From: Podarcis tiliguerta
Taxonomy: Eukaryota
Strand: one strand, 5' to 3'
DNA length: 64,000 nt
NCBI GenBank assembly: GCA_965153285.1
Contig: OZ229110.1
Below the pieces are notes generated by a model. That model had not been told where the DNA came from. It made no database searches and worked only from the letters and a program-made list of their open reading frames with translations. Positions 48,931 to 62,727 of this stretch are shown here, piece by piece. The stretch's first letter is position 1. Every line of letters begins with the position of its first letter. The translations under genes and the position numbers were made by a program.

Positions 48931-49061
48931 CAGTGATGGGACACCTGTGTCCTTCCAGGTATTGTTGGAGTTCAATTCCCATCAGCCCCAGCCATCCTGG
49001 TCAGGGATGATGGGTGTTTTGGTACAACACTATCTGGAGGGCCACAGGTTCCCCATTTCTG
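48931..49061. mobile_element. Short palindromic hAT-like MITE (131 bp)
   Basis: cagtgatgggacacctgtgtccttccag...ctggagggccacaggttccccatttctg; the arms are complementary over most of the length. A degraded relative lies near 14497-14620. Confidence 0.7.
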
Positions 49062-50903
49062 ATTTATATCCTGTATTCCTTCATCATGAAACTCAAGGCA
49101 GCATAAGTAATGTTCCCTGGCAGTTTCCCATCCAGGCACTGATCACACCATGACCCACTTAGCTTTAGCAAGACACTGCATCGCTTTCCTTAAGATCATG
49201 CATCTGAACAAAACTGTTCTTTATTACATTTGATAATGCCCTTCACCAAAATAGCTCAGGTCAATGGACGTTGTCCTCCTCTGGTCTCATTTTACCATCA
49301 CAACATCCCTGTGAAGTAGGTTAGGCTGAAAGAACGATGGAATAGCTGGCTCATACAGAGCGGAGAGTTGAATTTGTGTCTTATTTGGTCCTAGTTTGGC
49401 ACTCAAACCACAGTGGCTTTTTTTGTGAAATGAAAGCCAGGAAAGTGCTATCTGCAGCGGAAAAGCTATAAACAAGAAGAGGACACTTATCCTTCCACTT
49501 GCTTCTGCACCTCCACCCAGCTCAGATCTAGACTCGTGTTACTTTTAAAGGAGCCACAAGTCTTTTATAGTGTGTTTGGGATATAAGAACAGTATACCCC
49601 TCTTTTATCAAAGATTGGGTATCATGCCCTAGAGGGAACAATAAAGAATAGACTTATTAGTTACATATCATATTTTTTCCCTGCAAGGTATATCCACTAG
49701 CTCCATCAACTGACTTGTTTGTACTTTGCAGGAAACAATGCTTGATTTCTTTATGTGCACTTACAAGATATCAAAAGATATTACACGATTTGTCAGCTAC
49801 AAGAAATACTACTTTTCACAAGAACATTCAGAAACATGTGTTAAGAGATGGTGGATTAAAATATGGGGGCATGAATGAGAGTTGTGTAGGTGGACCCTAC
49901 ATGCCACACATATATTTAGAGTTAAAGATATACTACTAAAATAAATTTTCCCACACATTGACTTTGAAAGCAGCTGCCCATGTATCCTCTAAGCTTATAA
50001 AAGCATGGACAACTTTAACGGTTAAATTAAATTATAGCCCAACAGTTAGCATAATGAATTATAAACACTCCCTGTCATGATATAGGCCTATAATTGCCAT
50101 GGTTTCTCAGGTCTGGCCAGCTTCCATTTTACAAAAAGTGGAAACTCTACTGTAGAAGTTAACAATGCTAGCAAAGCAGTTAGTCTGACCAGTTTGAACG
50201 CAGTATGTTCCATTCCTTTGTCTGAATCCTGTTGTCACCTACAGGGATTCAGGTTGTGGGTTGTCCTCTGCCTGGCCTCATGTTTTTGCAATGTAAATAC
50301 TAATTAAAGCTGCTGCTGGGAAGAACTCATTTGTCCTGCTCTAGTGCATGATGTCCTGCATGCCTTCCTCTGTCTAACTGGCTACAGGCCTTTCCTCCTG
50401 CCTATTTCAACTGTACATTTCAGAAGAGTATTTTATCAAAAATTTGTACAGGCGTCCCCCCTGCCCCCCACTTACTTACGCACGATCGATGTGTGTGTGA
50501 CCATATATATGCGCGGGGCTGGGTTCTTACTGAAGAAGGTTTAACAACAACAATGCAGCTATAAAAAAAACCCAAAAAGATAAAAGGCCTTTTAAAATAA
50601 GAATGTTTTACTAGCCTCCTAAAAGAAGAAAGAGATGAGGCCTGGAGATCCTCAGTGGGCAGAAAATTCCACCAGAAGAAGATAGAAGAATAAGAAAGAA
50701 AACAGCGAAGATTCGGAATTTCTCCCTATCCTGACAACCTTTCCCTGTTAAAGGGTGGCACCTGGGAGATGTGCAGATCTATGTGGCAGCTGGTGTTTTT
50801 CCAACCTTCTTGCACATTCACTTTTGTAACAAACAAAGGCCTTGGGATCTAGATTTGGAAAACAGAGTTTAATTCCTAGAACTCTGTACCTACACCTATG
50901 TCT

Positions 50904-51128
50904 CAGGGGTGATGTATCCCGTTTTGCCACTTGAGGCAAAAGGGGGAAGCGCTGCCCTGCTCCACTGCCTCTGGCGGCCAGCGCTGGTTTCTGGCCAAAT
51001 ATCACCAATTTCCGGTGAGATTTTGCCGGATATTGGCGCTGCTGCTGCTATTTCTCCAGTAGTGATGGGGTGGGTTGCCGTCGCCTGAGGCAGTGGCTTC
51101 ACTCTACCTCTTAGGAGGGCCGGACCTG
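50904..51128. mobile_element. hAT-like MITE, 225 bp
   Basis: cagg...cctg termini with 8-bp TSD ctatgtct/gtatgtct; GC-rich; imperfect internal palindrome near 50979-51041. Confidence 0.65.
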
Positions 51129-51160
51129 GTATGTCTAGTCTCTTTTACCATTCTGTGACC

Positions 51161-51164
<4 letters not shown>

Positions 51165-51203
<39 letters not shown>
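51165..51203. repeat. (AG)n microsatellite
   Basis: About 19 units read directly. Confidence 0.95.
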
Positions 51204-51206
<3 letters not shown>

Positions 51207-52137
51207 CTTTGGCTTGCACAGATGTTGAAATTAATTAATAACTCCCGCAACCAGGTGGGTAAACCCAACACAGTAAATAAAGAAAAGCTGAAACTATTTT
51301 TGTCTGTTTTACATCCTTTTAAAATAAACAAAACAAATCTAAATTAAAGGGGGCTTTCAGATGCTATTCATTGTGAGTGGCGTGTATGCCTGTGCACACA
51401 AAAATACAAATAAACTGGTACGCTCAGCTGTTATTAAGGTAATCCCCATTAACCTAGCAATCAGGCATTAAATTAATTTTCCACATCCAGATCTGCTGGT
51501 CTGCTGCAGGGGGAAATGTATCTTGTAAGGGCCATGTTTGATGCTAATACAGTTAATATGGAGAAATCTTCATTCTATCTACAACTAATGAGATAGCACA
51601 AGTAAGCTGAGCAGCTGGAAATGAAAGAGCTCCACTGGGGATATCTTAGCAATAAGCCATTTTACTGTGACATTCAAGTCCAGTGTTGGATTGGCTCAGT
51701 CTTGGGACATTCAGCTTTATACAGTTTCAAAGGGATATAAATCCAGTCTCTAGAATATTATTTCATGAATCATGTTTAAGAGCAACTTAATAATGTTTTA
51801 CTTATTGTTAGGGCTGAGTGGAAATGCCTCTCCAACAAATTTGCCAGCCCTGTTCACAAATTATGTGAACTGGAATGGCAATTTTGGCAGTTTTCGGAAT
51901 TGGAATTACAATTTATTTTGCAGGGGGTGCTGTTTCCTTTCCCCATCCCTCATCTTTTTAACAGTAATGCTGAATATGCTGTCTACTGCTACCCCCCTCC
52001 ACCCTTTACGTTTGAAAGTCTAGCCAAAGTGCCACTTGCCACCATTTTTCTCTCAAATGCCTTACTGAGTAAGCCAGCGTAACACCACTAGCATCATCAT
52101 TAGAGGTGTTGAGATGGGGAGAGATGGCAGACAGAGT

Positions 52138-52350
52138 AAGGGTTGATTTTTCCACGCTTTAAAAATCTTTTGACATCACAAGTGAAATTCAATCCGGACA
52201 CAAAAGTTGTTGAGCCAAAATCTACACTTCTGACATGGGCTGCCATACGTCCTGATTTTCCCAGACATTTAAGCTATTTCTGCCCAGGCACTTTTTCCGA
52301 TGGCCAAATCCCAGCTATGTCCAGGAAATTCCAGACGTATGGCAACCCTA
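52138..52350. mobile_element. Second copy of the 6892 hAT MITE, inverted
   Basis: Reverse complement reads tagggttgccatacgtctggaatttcctggacatagc...gtatggcagcccatgtcagaagt...gctcaacaacttttgtgtccggatt, collinear with 6892-7107. TSD not recognisable. Confidence 0.75.
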
Positions 52351-52602
52351 TCATAGGTTGACTTTGGGTATTGGGAAGGATAGAGCTGACTTTGAATAAT
52401 AAGCAAGTTATCTCTTGGTGTGGCTTGGGAAAAGAGTTTGCTTTTTGGTCTCCAGGTCTTATGGACTGGCATGAGGTCAGAAAAATACGTTCCCACAGTT
52501 TGACTGAAGACTCTGGGGCAGGGTGAGAACCTGCATGGCCTTCTTCAATTGGTTCAGCCATACGGCTTTGTTTTCAGTCAATGTCCCTACACTGCAGACA
52601 CC

Positions 52603-52606
<4 letters not shown>

Positions 52607-52634
<28 letters not shown>
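52607..52634. repeat. (ATTG)n microsatellite
   Basis: 7 units read directly. Confidence 0.95.
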
Positions 52635-52992
52635 CATTCTGAGGTCACACAGTGCAGGGGAAACAGGGTAGATAAAATCTCACCTCTGCCACAAATTCTT
52701 CAACAAGCTACTGTCTCTCAGTTTTATTCCATTACCAACTAACCATCGAAATAACTGTCCAGATGTGCTGTCATAGAAAATATGCCTAATTTCCACTCCA
52801 CTTAAATATCTTAACTCAAGTATCCTCAGAAGATCCTACTCAAAATCACAGCGGCCAAATTCCACTTCCTTGCAATATATTTGCAGGCTATTCAAAAGGC
52901 ACAAGTTTTCCTTTGTGCTTGCGGTGGAACACAGTTCATAAGAGTGTAAAAATACAGAATGTAAAAATAAAGAATGGCAGGTGCAGGCCTAC

Positions 52993-53115
52993 CTGTCTGC
53001 ATCGCCCAGGCCCAGCGAGGTGTTGCGTTGGAGAGTTTCCCGTACAGCAGCCATCCCATCCGGAAGTCTGTTTAGCCTTCGAGTGTAAAGGCCCAATCCA
53101 CCATCTGTCATGTAC
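52993..53115 (-). CDS. NAV2: NAV2 internal coding exon (123 nt, phase 2/2): (G)YMTDGGLGLYTRRLNRLPDGMAAVRETLQRNTSLGLGDAD(S)
   Basis: Minus strand reads ttttcaaag|G TAC ATG ACA GAT...GCA GAC AG|gtaggc. The peptide matches vertebrate NAV2 as I recall it, and the phase fits the exon at 20452. Confidence 0.95.
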
Positions 53116-53444
53116 CTTTGAAAACACCAGAAATACGTTTGTGTTGCAGGTTTACCAGATCAGTCAACCTAGCTAGCTAGCTATTCATTTTTATATTATC
53201 CTTCACCAAAAAAGTCAAAAGGGTAACAATATGATAGAAAAATGCATGCACATCATATAATCACTAAATTCAACACCCAAAGATGTAAAGTTAGATCACA
53301 TTTACTTGAAACTAAATTTTGCCAAGGAATAAAACACAAGAGCTTTTTTACACGTTACATTTACCATGATTTCTGTTAAAAGTCAGTTTTAGGGGGGAAT
53401 GTGGCATGTTAGAAGCATGGCAAAGGTCTTGCTACCTTTATGTA

Positions 53445-53735
53445 CTGCAGGTGAGGGCCTCTTGCAAATACCATCTTATCAGGAGGTCCATTCTGCACAA
53501 TATAGGAACCAAGCATATACTATTTCAACATCTACCATTCGGAATTCCCTTCCCTTGAATATTAGGTGACATCTCTGCTGTCTTTTTGGTGCCTACTGTA
53601 CTTTCCCATATCGTTCTCAGTTTGCATGTGTACGGGAATTGCTTTTAAGTTGTTTTTATTGTATGGACACTTCTTGTTTGCTGCCCTGGGCTCCTTTGGA
53701 AGGAGGGGTAGGATATCAATGTAATTAATTGATTG
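53445..53735 (+). mobile_element. L2 3' end relic
   Basis: tggaattcccttccc-like ORF2 end and terminal gctgccctgggctcctttggaaggaggggtaggatatcaat. Confidence 0.55.
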
Positions 53736-56700
53736 AGTAATAATGTCTTCCAACTAGGAATGGACTGGTAATATTGTGAGGTTATCTTCATAAGTAAATA
53801 GGTAAGAAAACTTATTTTTCAGGCAGGATTATCCTTCCAGTATCTTCATATAATTGAGGATACAGGGTAAAAAGGAAATTCTTCCAGTGGTAGCAGGGGC
53901 TGGTAATATCAGCAATAGACCTCTCATTGCCACTGGGTGCCATACAGCTTGCGTAACATTTTGGAACTGAGAGGCTCTTGCTTGAAAACGTTGGAATTAC
54001 TGCTGCATATTTTCTGTCATTAAAACACCCACTTCCATGTCTGCAGTATGCAATCACACTCACACATGAACTCTTCAGTCTACTAGCCGGCTATAGCATC
54101 ACTATGTTCATTTCATGGAGTTTAACAGAGTGTAAATTTGTCACACTTAAGAACTTAAAACAAGTTATGAATGTAATTTATCTCTTTGGATAAGACAGGA
54201 TAAAATAAAACACTGGCATTGAAATAAAAGGAGCATCTCTGACAAACAACATTAAAAATGATTTAAAATTGTTTAAAATGATAAAGTAAGTGTTATTACC
54301 CCTAAAGGATAAATATCTATATCAATCCAGTCCAGCTGAAATTAAAATATATCTATTAAGCTGAATATATTAAAAGTAAAATAAATGCAAATAATTCATC
54401 CAAATACATACACATGAAAAATATGCTTGGCTATAAGATAGAGATTGATGCATGCCCTGAAGCATTTATATTGTTGTTGTTTTTTGCAAACAGGAGTATG
54501 AATGAATAAGCTTATGAACACTGGAGAAAAAACTCTAAATGCATGGTATATGTGCACCTTTCCCCTTCTTCTAGATTGTTTCCAAATTGGCAATCCAATC
54601 CAAATGTACATCAAATAAACAAGAAAACAAACAAACATTCAATAAAATAACATACTTGACTAAACTGTAACCTGAAGAGCTATTTCGTCCAATGCAGTTC
54701 TGGAAACAGTGACCAAATTATCTGAAGAGGCTGAAGACGTCCTTTAGTTTTGCAAAGTTCATTGTCACTCACTGATTTTTCTTCTAGAGACTTATCTTTG
54801 TCCGTGAGAAAGGGAAAAAGAAGCCTTCCCCCATCACACGGCCAGTCCAAATGCTGTTAAAGTGGATAATCTTGCAATGACTAACAGAAAACAACCCTTA
54901 GTCCACAGAAGCACTAACCCATTTTTTGAAACCCTGGTGTTATACGGTCAACATTAAGAGACAAAACCTGACTGTGCTGCCTAACTCAATTATTAAACTT
55001 CTCATGCAACAGGAAGGCAAGAAAAAAAGTGCAATGGATGTAAGTTAGCTTTGTGAGTCTCTACTGGGTTCAAGAACAATAGACAATTGCCCCTCCGGGG
55101 TTTCACAAAGAGGTTGCTAAGCTAGTTAAACTAGGGACAGGGCTATTCTCAGTTCTGCTTTGTCCATGGGGACAAGACACAATACTTTCTCTCAACTGCA
55201 TAAACAAGGAGTCCAGTTTCAATGGCACTAATAGAAGCTAGCTTGCCACTAGTCCTCCATTCATTTATTTGTCAGGAGCTTACAAAAATCAACCTTAAAA
55301 GTGGAAGAAGAAAATGCAGCAGTTATGTAACAGGCCAAGTTAAAAGTGCTCGTATTTAAGGGCATTTCATTCAACGTGGAATAAGTGCCACAGAGAACAT
55401 ATACACAAATATAAACAAATACACACATATATTCCACAGTAACTAACAGGTTTGCCACCAAGGCAGTATTTAACAGAATACTGCAGCCATCCTAATGGTC
55501 TGACCAATGTCTTCTTTCCATGCACATTAAAACACCTTTTCGTTCCGTTCAAACTCAATGTATTTAGATGAATACAGTTTTAAAATCTTTAAAATCTCAG
55601 GTGCACATACAGAATGTGTACTAGAGAAGTCAATCAAATTTGAGAACACTGAAACCCTGCTGATTTCAGTGGGGCAGGCAAGCACATGCTTAAATCTCTC
55701 CACTGAGATCAATCGGATCAATCTATGAGGCTAGACTTTGTCCAATCACTTAATATACATTTTAGAAATACGTAAACAAAAGCATGAGTGTACTTCATTT
55801 CTGTTATTCTAGCTGCTGCTTACCCCTCCCCTCAACAGAGTTAGCTTCTCCTGCCTAATAGGCAGATCCTTTCTTGTTTATAGACATTTCCATCTTATCC
55901 TTCCAGTTCCTATTCACTTACAACCATTTAAAAACACTAATATAACCACAACCCTCTTTTCCTGCACCAGCAACGTTTGCTACGGCACTACATTGCATTG
56001 AAAAAAAGAAACACTGAATGAACTTTGACTTTCCCACATGTCACAATGACAGGGCATTCCATCCCCAACCCCCCTTTGGGTAGTTGGTGCCTATTTATCA
56101 CCACCTTTCTGGACATACATGTTGGAACAGGAAAGGAAACAGAACCTCATGAGTGTAGCTTAAGGAGGCTCAAATCAGTGGAATATCTGCATATGAGAGA
56201 GAGAGAGAAGCCATCTTTTTAGTTTTCATTATTTTAAGTGAAACACTTGTACCTCTTTTGGCAGACCTATGTAGACAAAGCACAGGAATAAGAAAAGTGG
56301 CTTTCCAAATGTATGCATGTTTATGGTCTAATCTTTCTGCTTGTCCGAAAGCAGCAGCAGCCACCATTCTTCACTATCAGGACATATTTTGTACCCAAAT
56401 ATTTGATTATAAATAACAGTGTGAATAGCTATGAATAATGTGCTGTTCTGCTTCCTTCAACAATAACACCCCCCTCACCAAGATACATTGTGTGTATTTG
56501 TGTGTAAGCATCTTAGATTTTGCAATTAGCAAAACTATTGGGAAAACAGAGCAAATGGACTTCTCATACCCAATAAAGCTCTCCTTCTTAAGGTTGTCAT
56601 AAATGAAGAAGCTATTGATCTGGGGTTAGGGCCAGTGTGCCAGAGGAATTGTAAATAAGAAGTTCCCCCATTTGCTCTGCTGAATTATTGCTCCACAGAA

Positions 56701-56957
56701 GCACAGCTTTTGAGGGGGAAGTTTACTTAACTTTGGCAGGCAGGTTACGACAAAGTCTGTGACCCTCTAGCACAACAACAAGTTGCAACATGTATTGGAG
56801 ATATCAACAAAGATTTGAATGATTCATTATCCAAAATGTATTCCACTGGGATATTTATTGAACTCATCTGTGGAATCCTCATACAATCATGAATACAAAC
56901 CACCAGTAGATGAAAATAGATTCTGGACATATTTCATGATTGCTACCTGGTTATCAA

Positions 56958-57310
56958 GGGAGGCGGGTGGCGCTGTGGGTTAAACCACAGAACCTAGGAC
57001 TTGCCGATCAGAAGGTTGGCGGTTCAAATCCCCGTGACAGGGTGAGCTCCCGTTGCTTGGTCCCTGCTCCTGCCAACCTAGCAGTTTGAAAGCACGTCAA
57101 AGTGCAAGTAGATAAATAGGTACCGCTCTGGCGGGAAGGTAAATGGCATTTCCGTGCACTGCTCTGGTTCGCCAGAAGTGGCTTAGTCATGCTGGCCACA
57201 TGACCCGGAAGCTGTACGCCGGCTCCCTCGGCCAATAAAGCGAGATGAGCGCCGCAACCCCAGAGTCGGTCACGACTGGACCTAATGGTCAAGGGCTCCC
57301 TTTACCTTTA
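56958..57310 (+). mobile_element. Sauria SINE, full length
   Basis: gggaggcgggtggcgctgtgggttaaacc...ccctttaccttta; flanking direct repeat ctggttatc. Confidence 0.92.
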
Positions 57311-57679
57311 GCTGGTTATCTAGTCTAGTTATTTATTTTATTTTTTAAATCTCACTATTCTAGTGCAAAACCATTATTTTTTTTATAACACATAACATTA
57401 CCATTTCATAAAACAATTGCAAGAAAGAGGTAGTCATTAAGCACTGTGATGCTGAGATGCTTCTGTTTCAGAACTACTTCACTATCAATCAAAAACCACC
57501 TTAGCGAACCAGTGTGATATAATGAACAAAATGTGCCAGTTTTTCAGTCAGCCTCAGTAACTGTGTCTTTAACAGTAGCAGCATGCAAAAATAGGTTCCT
57601 TCTTTTAACCAAATGTAGAAAAAGATTATCACTTGTGGATGGTTACATAGGAAGCTGCAGTTAAAATAATGTCTACAGA

Positions 57680-58022
57680 GGCCTGGTTCCCACAGTCATG
57701 CTAAGCCAATTCACTTTGTTCCTTTCCAGTCACTTTGCTGCTACACTGAGCACAGGGTCATCGCTTAGCTCTTCCAGACAAAGCCCAAACTGTAAACTCT
57801 ACAGGACAAATCTCGGGTTACAGTTTGTGGTCAGACTCTGGAGAGAACTGAACTATGAACCAGGGTTCAGAGAGCACATTAAGCCAAACCATGGCTTACC
57901 TCAGCACAGTACAGCAGCAACAGCAGCAGAGATGCAACGTGGCTGCAATCTCCTCTTCCAGAGCCCATGTGCTCATTTAGGCTAAGCCATGGTTTGCCTT
58001 AGCATAAAGTGCAAATTAGACC
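57680..58022. mobile_element. Degenerate palindromic MITE-like repeat
   Basis: Repeated and inverted motif taagccaaaccatggctta / taagccatggtttgccttagcat; weakly complementary ends. Confidence 0.45.
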
Positions 58023-58163
58023 AATGTAGACTGAAACGTTGATAGCTTTAGGATTGGACTGGAGAAGTATAGATTAAAATCCTGCTCAGCTGTCAAGCTC
58101 ACTGGGTGAATTTAGGTTACTCAACCTAACCTACCTCACAGGGTTCCTCTGAAGATAAAGCAT

Positions 58164-58355
58164 GATGGCTATATTCTACTTCCAGAGTCAGAAGCAATAT
58201 GTCTCTGCATACCATTTGCTGGCAGATACAAGTGGGGAAGAGTGCTGTTGTACTAAGATCCTGCTTGCAGGGTTTCCATAGGCATCTGATTGACCGCTGT
58301 AAGAACAGGATGATGGGCTAGATGGACCTTTGATCTGATGGCTTTTGTGTTCTTA
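58164..58355 (+). mobile_element. CR1-clade 3' UTR fragment
   Basis: agtggggaagagtgctgttg...cctgcttgcagggtttccataggc...ctgtaagaacaggatgatgggctagatggacc, collinear with 43105-43205. Confidence 0.65.
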
Positions 58356-61300
58356 AAGTAACTCAACACACACTGCCTAAACCCATTTGAATAATGGAAA
58401 GTGCAAATGACACACTGAGGCATTTTGGTTTTATTGCATCAGGGGAGCTAACCCAGAGAAGCCCTTAAACTTTTGTGATTTCTATGCAAATTATTAAATT
58501 TCAGCACTTTCTCAAAACATATAAAGGGTGTAGTTTAGCATAGCTTAAAAATGGCAGATGGGGATGACCGAAATTATTAATGAATTAAGCATAAACTACC
58601 AAAAGAATTCTCTGATTCATTTCCCTGATTATCTCAGGATTTTTCTCAATGACAGTGCTATTCTACAACTAGTAATGGGTCATAAAATTCATTTTCTACA
58701 GTCACATTCAGTGTGCAACCTTTATTTATCCAACTGTTATTAATAGAGCATTAAAAGGACTCACCGCAAATGGAAATTCAACCTCATACATATATATATG
58801 CTTTTCTAGGCAAAAGGGGGGGGGAATGCTTCCCCCCTCCTCTGTTCCCAATTTGCTGGCATAAACCAACTGCTTCTGAGTTCCCTTGGCAACTTAAACT
58901 CTTGAACTTTTCTCTCCTTTTGCCTGCTGCTTGCACCTCAAACATTTTGTTTGGTACAGCAAAGTCATTCCAAGTCATTGTTTGTTTTTGTTTTTTAAAA
59001 AGATGCCTTAAGTAATGCTTTTCACTCCTACTTCCATTCACTGAACGAGATCAGGTACAGTAGGTTTCACTTTAGCAATCTAAACGTTGCCTATCTTCCA
59101 GTTGCCAATTTACAGGAGCACCTGACATTATCTAATGCAGAATCAAATCTGTTGAAAACATTTTACAAAGAGATGACAACAGCTGGAGAAATTGATTAGA
59201 CCTTCTCTGTTATGGAGCCAACATTCTGGAATGGGCTTTTGGGGGAGGTATATAAATGATGGCTTACGCTTTCAGATGGGATGGAAGATAGTTTGAGGGA
59301 AAGTGCATCAAACAGCAGTATTTCTCCAAATAACTGCAGAACAGATACAGATTGTGGCCAAGGTCATGTGTACACAGCTTCAAACACCAACACTGGGAGT
59401 GTGCTGGAGCCGGAATAACTGGCAATGTGTACACAGCCTAAGTTTTTATTACTATTTTGTCATCACTTCTCTCCTGTCCCCTCCTCCTCTGGTGGTTTTA
59501 TGTTTGACTTGTGTTTTAAGTTATTTTCTTCTATTTATAAATATAATTCCTATTAAGGTGAACAAAGAAAGTTGAATGTTTGAACCCATGTTTACTTTGT
59601 TCTAGTCTGCCTGGGTTAAATCCAGTGCTAACATGCTGCTTGAAGAATTGCTTTTGATCCAGCACAGACGTCGGTTGACATAAAAAAGAAGAGGTGGTTT
59701 TCTGTGAATTCATCTTCCCTCTGCAGTGCTACCTTTCATGCTGTTGTGGAGGGTCCTCCAAACCTAGGACATTTGTCACATGGATTTTTTACTCAGCAAA
59801 ATTTATATACTGCTCTCTCTTATTTTTAAAGAATAGCTAAACAGCGTATATAAAATAATGACACCACAGATAAAATCAGCAATTTTTAAAAAACAAGTAT
59901 ATGTAACTAAATTATATGTCTGAGTAGGATTGCTGAAATAATATTTTTTCTTAAGCAGGCATCTAACACAGTATAGCAAGGGTGCCCACCACATGAAAAG
60001 ATACGACTTCTAACTGTGGAATGAACATTATATGGAACTTGTAGAAGTGCAAGTTCCACAGCTTGAAGTGGTCAAGTGGGCAAGTATGGAGCAAGGCAAT
60101 CCTTTAGACAAACTGGTCCCAAGCTGGTATGGACTTTAAAGTCTAATAGGAAAACTCTGATTTGGGCCAAAGTTTGGAGGAGGTCAGGGGAGTCCACAGA
60201 AAAATACAGAAAAGATTCCCCTTTCTCTTATGCCCTCCTTTGATATTTGGCCCCCTACAGGGTGCCACTGAAATTTGAAAGACCAAAGTCCTGATGACGC
60301 CCACCTGCTGTCAGGTGAGGTGAGGTACAAACACAGCTACAAAGGAAAAACTAGGAGCTTAGAGTGAGCTCCTAATTGTTCCTTTGCAAGCAGGGATGCT
60401 TATTTAATATGCTGTGGTTTTGGGTGGGTTATCCATTAAATCACAATTGGCTTCCCAACTGGAATGCAGCAGGAGTTGGATCTGGAAGTCCATGTGGTAA
60501 CTTTAAAGTAAGAACCTATGCTGGCCCACAAGGATTGCTGTGTTAAAAGATGGGCAGCAGTGCTCAAAGAAAGGAGAGAGCAAAGCCCCATAATTTCTCT
60601 AGAACTACTGGAAATCTGACACGTCAGTTCAGAATAGTTTTGTTTTTCTTTCTTTTTTTCTTGGCTAAATTTCTGTGCCAAACCATATTTTATTCCCTTA
60701 GTCTGTCAACCCATCAGTCTTAACTGACCACCATCTCCTTTCAACTTGATCTTTCTGGACAAAGAGTAGTATGTGAAGTCTGCCCACAAGTTTTGTCAAT
60801 GTGAAAACTAAGAAATATATAGCCAGATGGCTAGGGTCAATTCAAGTTTCAGTCTACAAAACTTGAACTGATGAATGAAGTCAGGCAGAGTGTAGTTTGG
60901 TCATGAACTTGTCCATGGCTTTGTTGTCACAAGGCCACAGTGTTTAGTCAACTCCAAAGACTTTCTTTGAGTACATATCTACTCAACATACTCTAAGCAT
61001 TAGCTTTTAATCTAATAGTACAGTCTAGCCTTGCTATGTGGTATCTTAGATGAGCTTCAAACTGCATAAGAAATTGTTTTGTAAGCGGCATAGTCTGAAA
61101 AATAAGCTTACAGGGAGGGAAGACCTATGAGGAAAACAACTGAGACAAACAGAGGTCATTGAATATTATGACAGGGATGTGCAACAGTCCCTTGTCCTGG
61201 CAGAGCCCCTACAGAAAAGATCACTGAGTCACAAATCTTCAGGAGGCACTATCACATGCCTAGAACATGAATGAAGGAGGAACGTTGAGACATTCATGTC

Positions 61301-61548
61301 CCAGTCCTCCATTGCTCTTTGAGCTCCGCTTCACAAGCACACCCAGCTGTATGGGAGCTGTTTCACTGTGACATGATCCCCTACAGGTGGAGAAAGTGTG
61401 TGAATATTAACAATCATGATGGTGGGGTTTATCTCACCCAGTCAGCATCCTGCTAAGATCGATGGTGACAACTGGGCTGAAAGAACCCATGTTCTTTCAC
61501 ATTGCTGGAATAGGAAATGGGATAGTGAGTATGAAACATAACGAAGTA

Positions 61549-61768
61549 CAGTGGTACCTCGGGTTAAGTACTTAATTTGTTCCAGAGGTCTGTTCTTAAC
61601 CTGAAACTGTTCTTAACCTGAAGCACCACTTTAGTTAATGCGGCCTCCTGCTGCCGCCATGCCACCGGAGCAGGCTTCTTATCCTGAAGCAAAGTTCTTA
61701 ACCTGAAGCACTATTTCTAGGTTAGCGGAGTGTGTAACCTGAAGCATATGTAACCCGAGGTACCACTG
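61549..61768. mobile_element. Tc1/mariner-type MITE, family A (220 bp)
   Basis: TA|cagtggtacctcgggtta...taacccgaggtaccactg|TA; perfect 18-bp TIR. Confidence 0.9.
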
Positions 61769-62727
61769 TACAATGCCACTTTCATTTTATTTGTTTATTA
61801 GACTTCTATTGCACCTTTTCTCCAAGGAGCTCAAGGTGGCGGTATACATGCCCCCCCCATAAATGAATGCCATACAAAAGTTATTACCGTACTGTTATTG
61901 TAAAAAATAATACTTCTACAATGTGTGTGTTTGTGTATGTATGTATGTATGTATATACCTAAAAAACCTAATTAAAAATAGAACCCAGGGTCCTAAAACC
62001 ACATGATACCTATTATCCATTAGTGCTATGTTGGCTGGTGGTTTCTAGGTAGGAATTTCAATAGAAAGGATATCAAAACATAACAAACTTTAAGAACTTG
62101 GTACTTGTTAAAATATATGTTCACTGGATTGCATAATGATAGATGCCATTGGGATTGAGTAAGACATATCTTAGGTCAAACAGAGCTTCAAAATTTATCT
62201 CCATAATAATGAGGTTATAATGTGTTGCCCACCTGCACCCCCCTTTTAAAAAAATATTCAGCTGAGGAAGATTAAGAACAAAGCGACTTTTGCCTAGAGT
62301 CGGTTTTCAGGCCTAGTATCTCCCAGCTTGTTTGAAATGAACAGAGATGAAACTGCATGCACCCATTTTTCTGTATGGCCAGGGGCAAATAAACTTCCAA
62401 TGACCTCATGGTGGGGAGAGATTCGAAATAAAATTGAAAGCTCAGGTATGCTAAAAATGAAATAACCGGCCTGTTTTTCTGTTATCCCTTTTCAGGCTTA
62501 GCCAGAAAACAAGTACTGAAGAGACAATATTGGTTTTACTACCTTAAGGAATCAAACAATGGAAAATCTCAAACAAAATATGCAGTCTGTTGAATTCCAC
62601 TGGCTTGCTGTTCTTGATCACATTTCCCTCTAGTGGACAGATCCAATGTACAGTATTGTAGCATGCAGCAAGCCTTTCACTGAAATGGCAGCAGCATGGA
62701 CTCATTAATTTATTGCCTATATATTTA

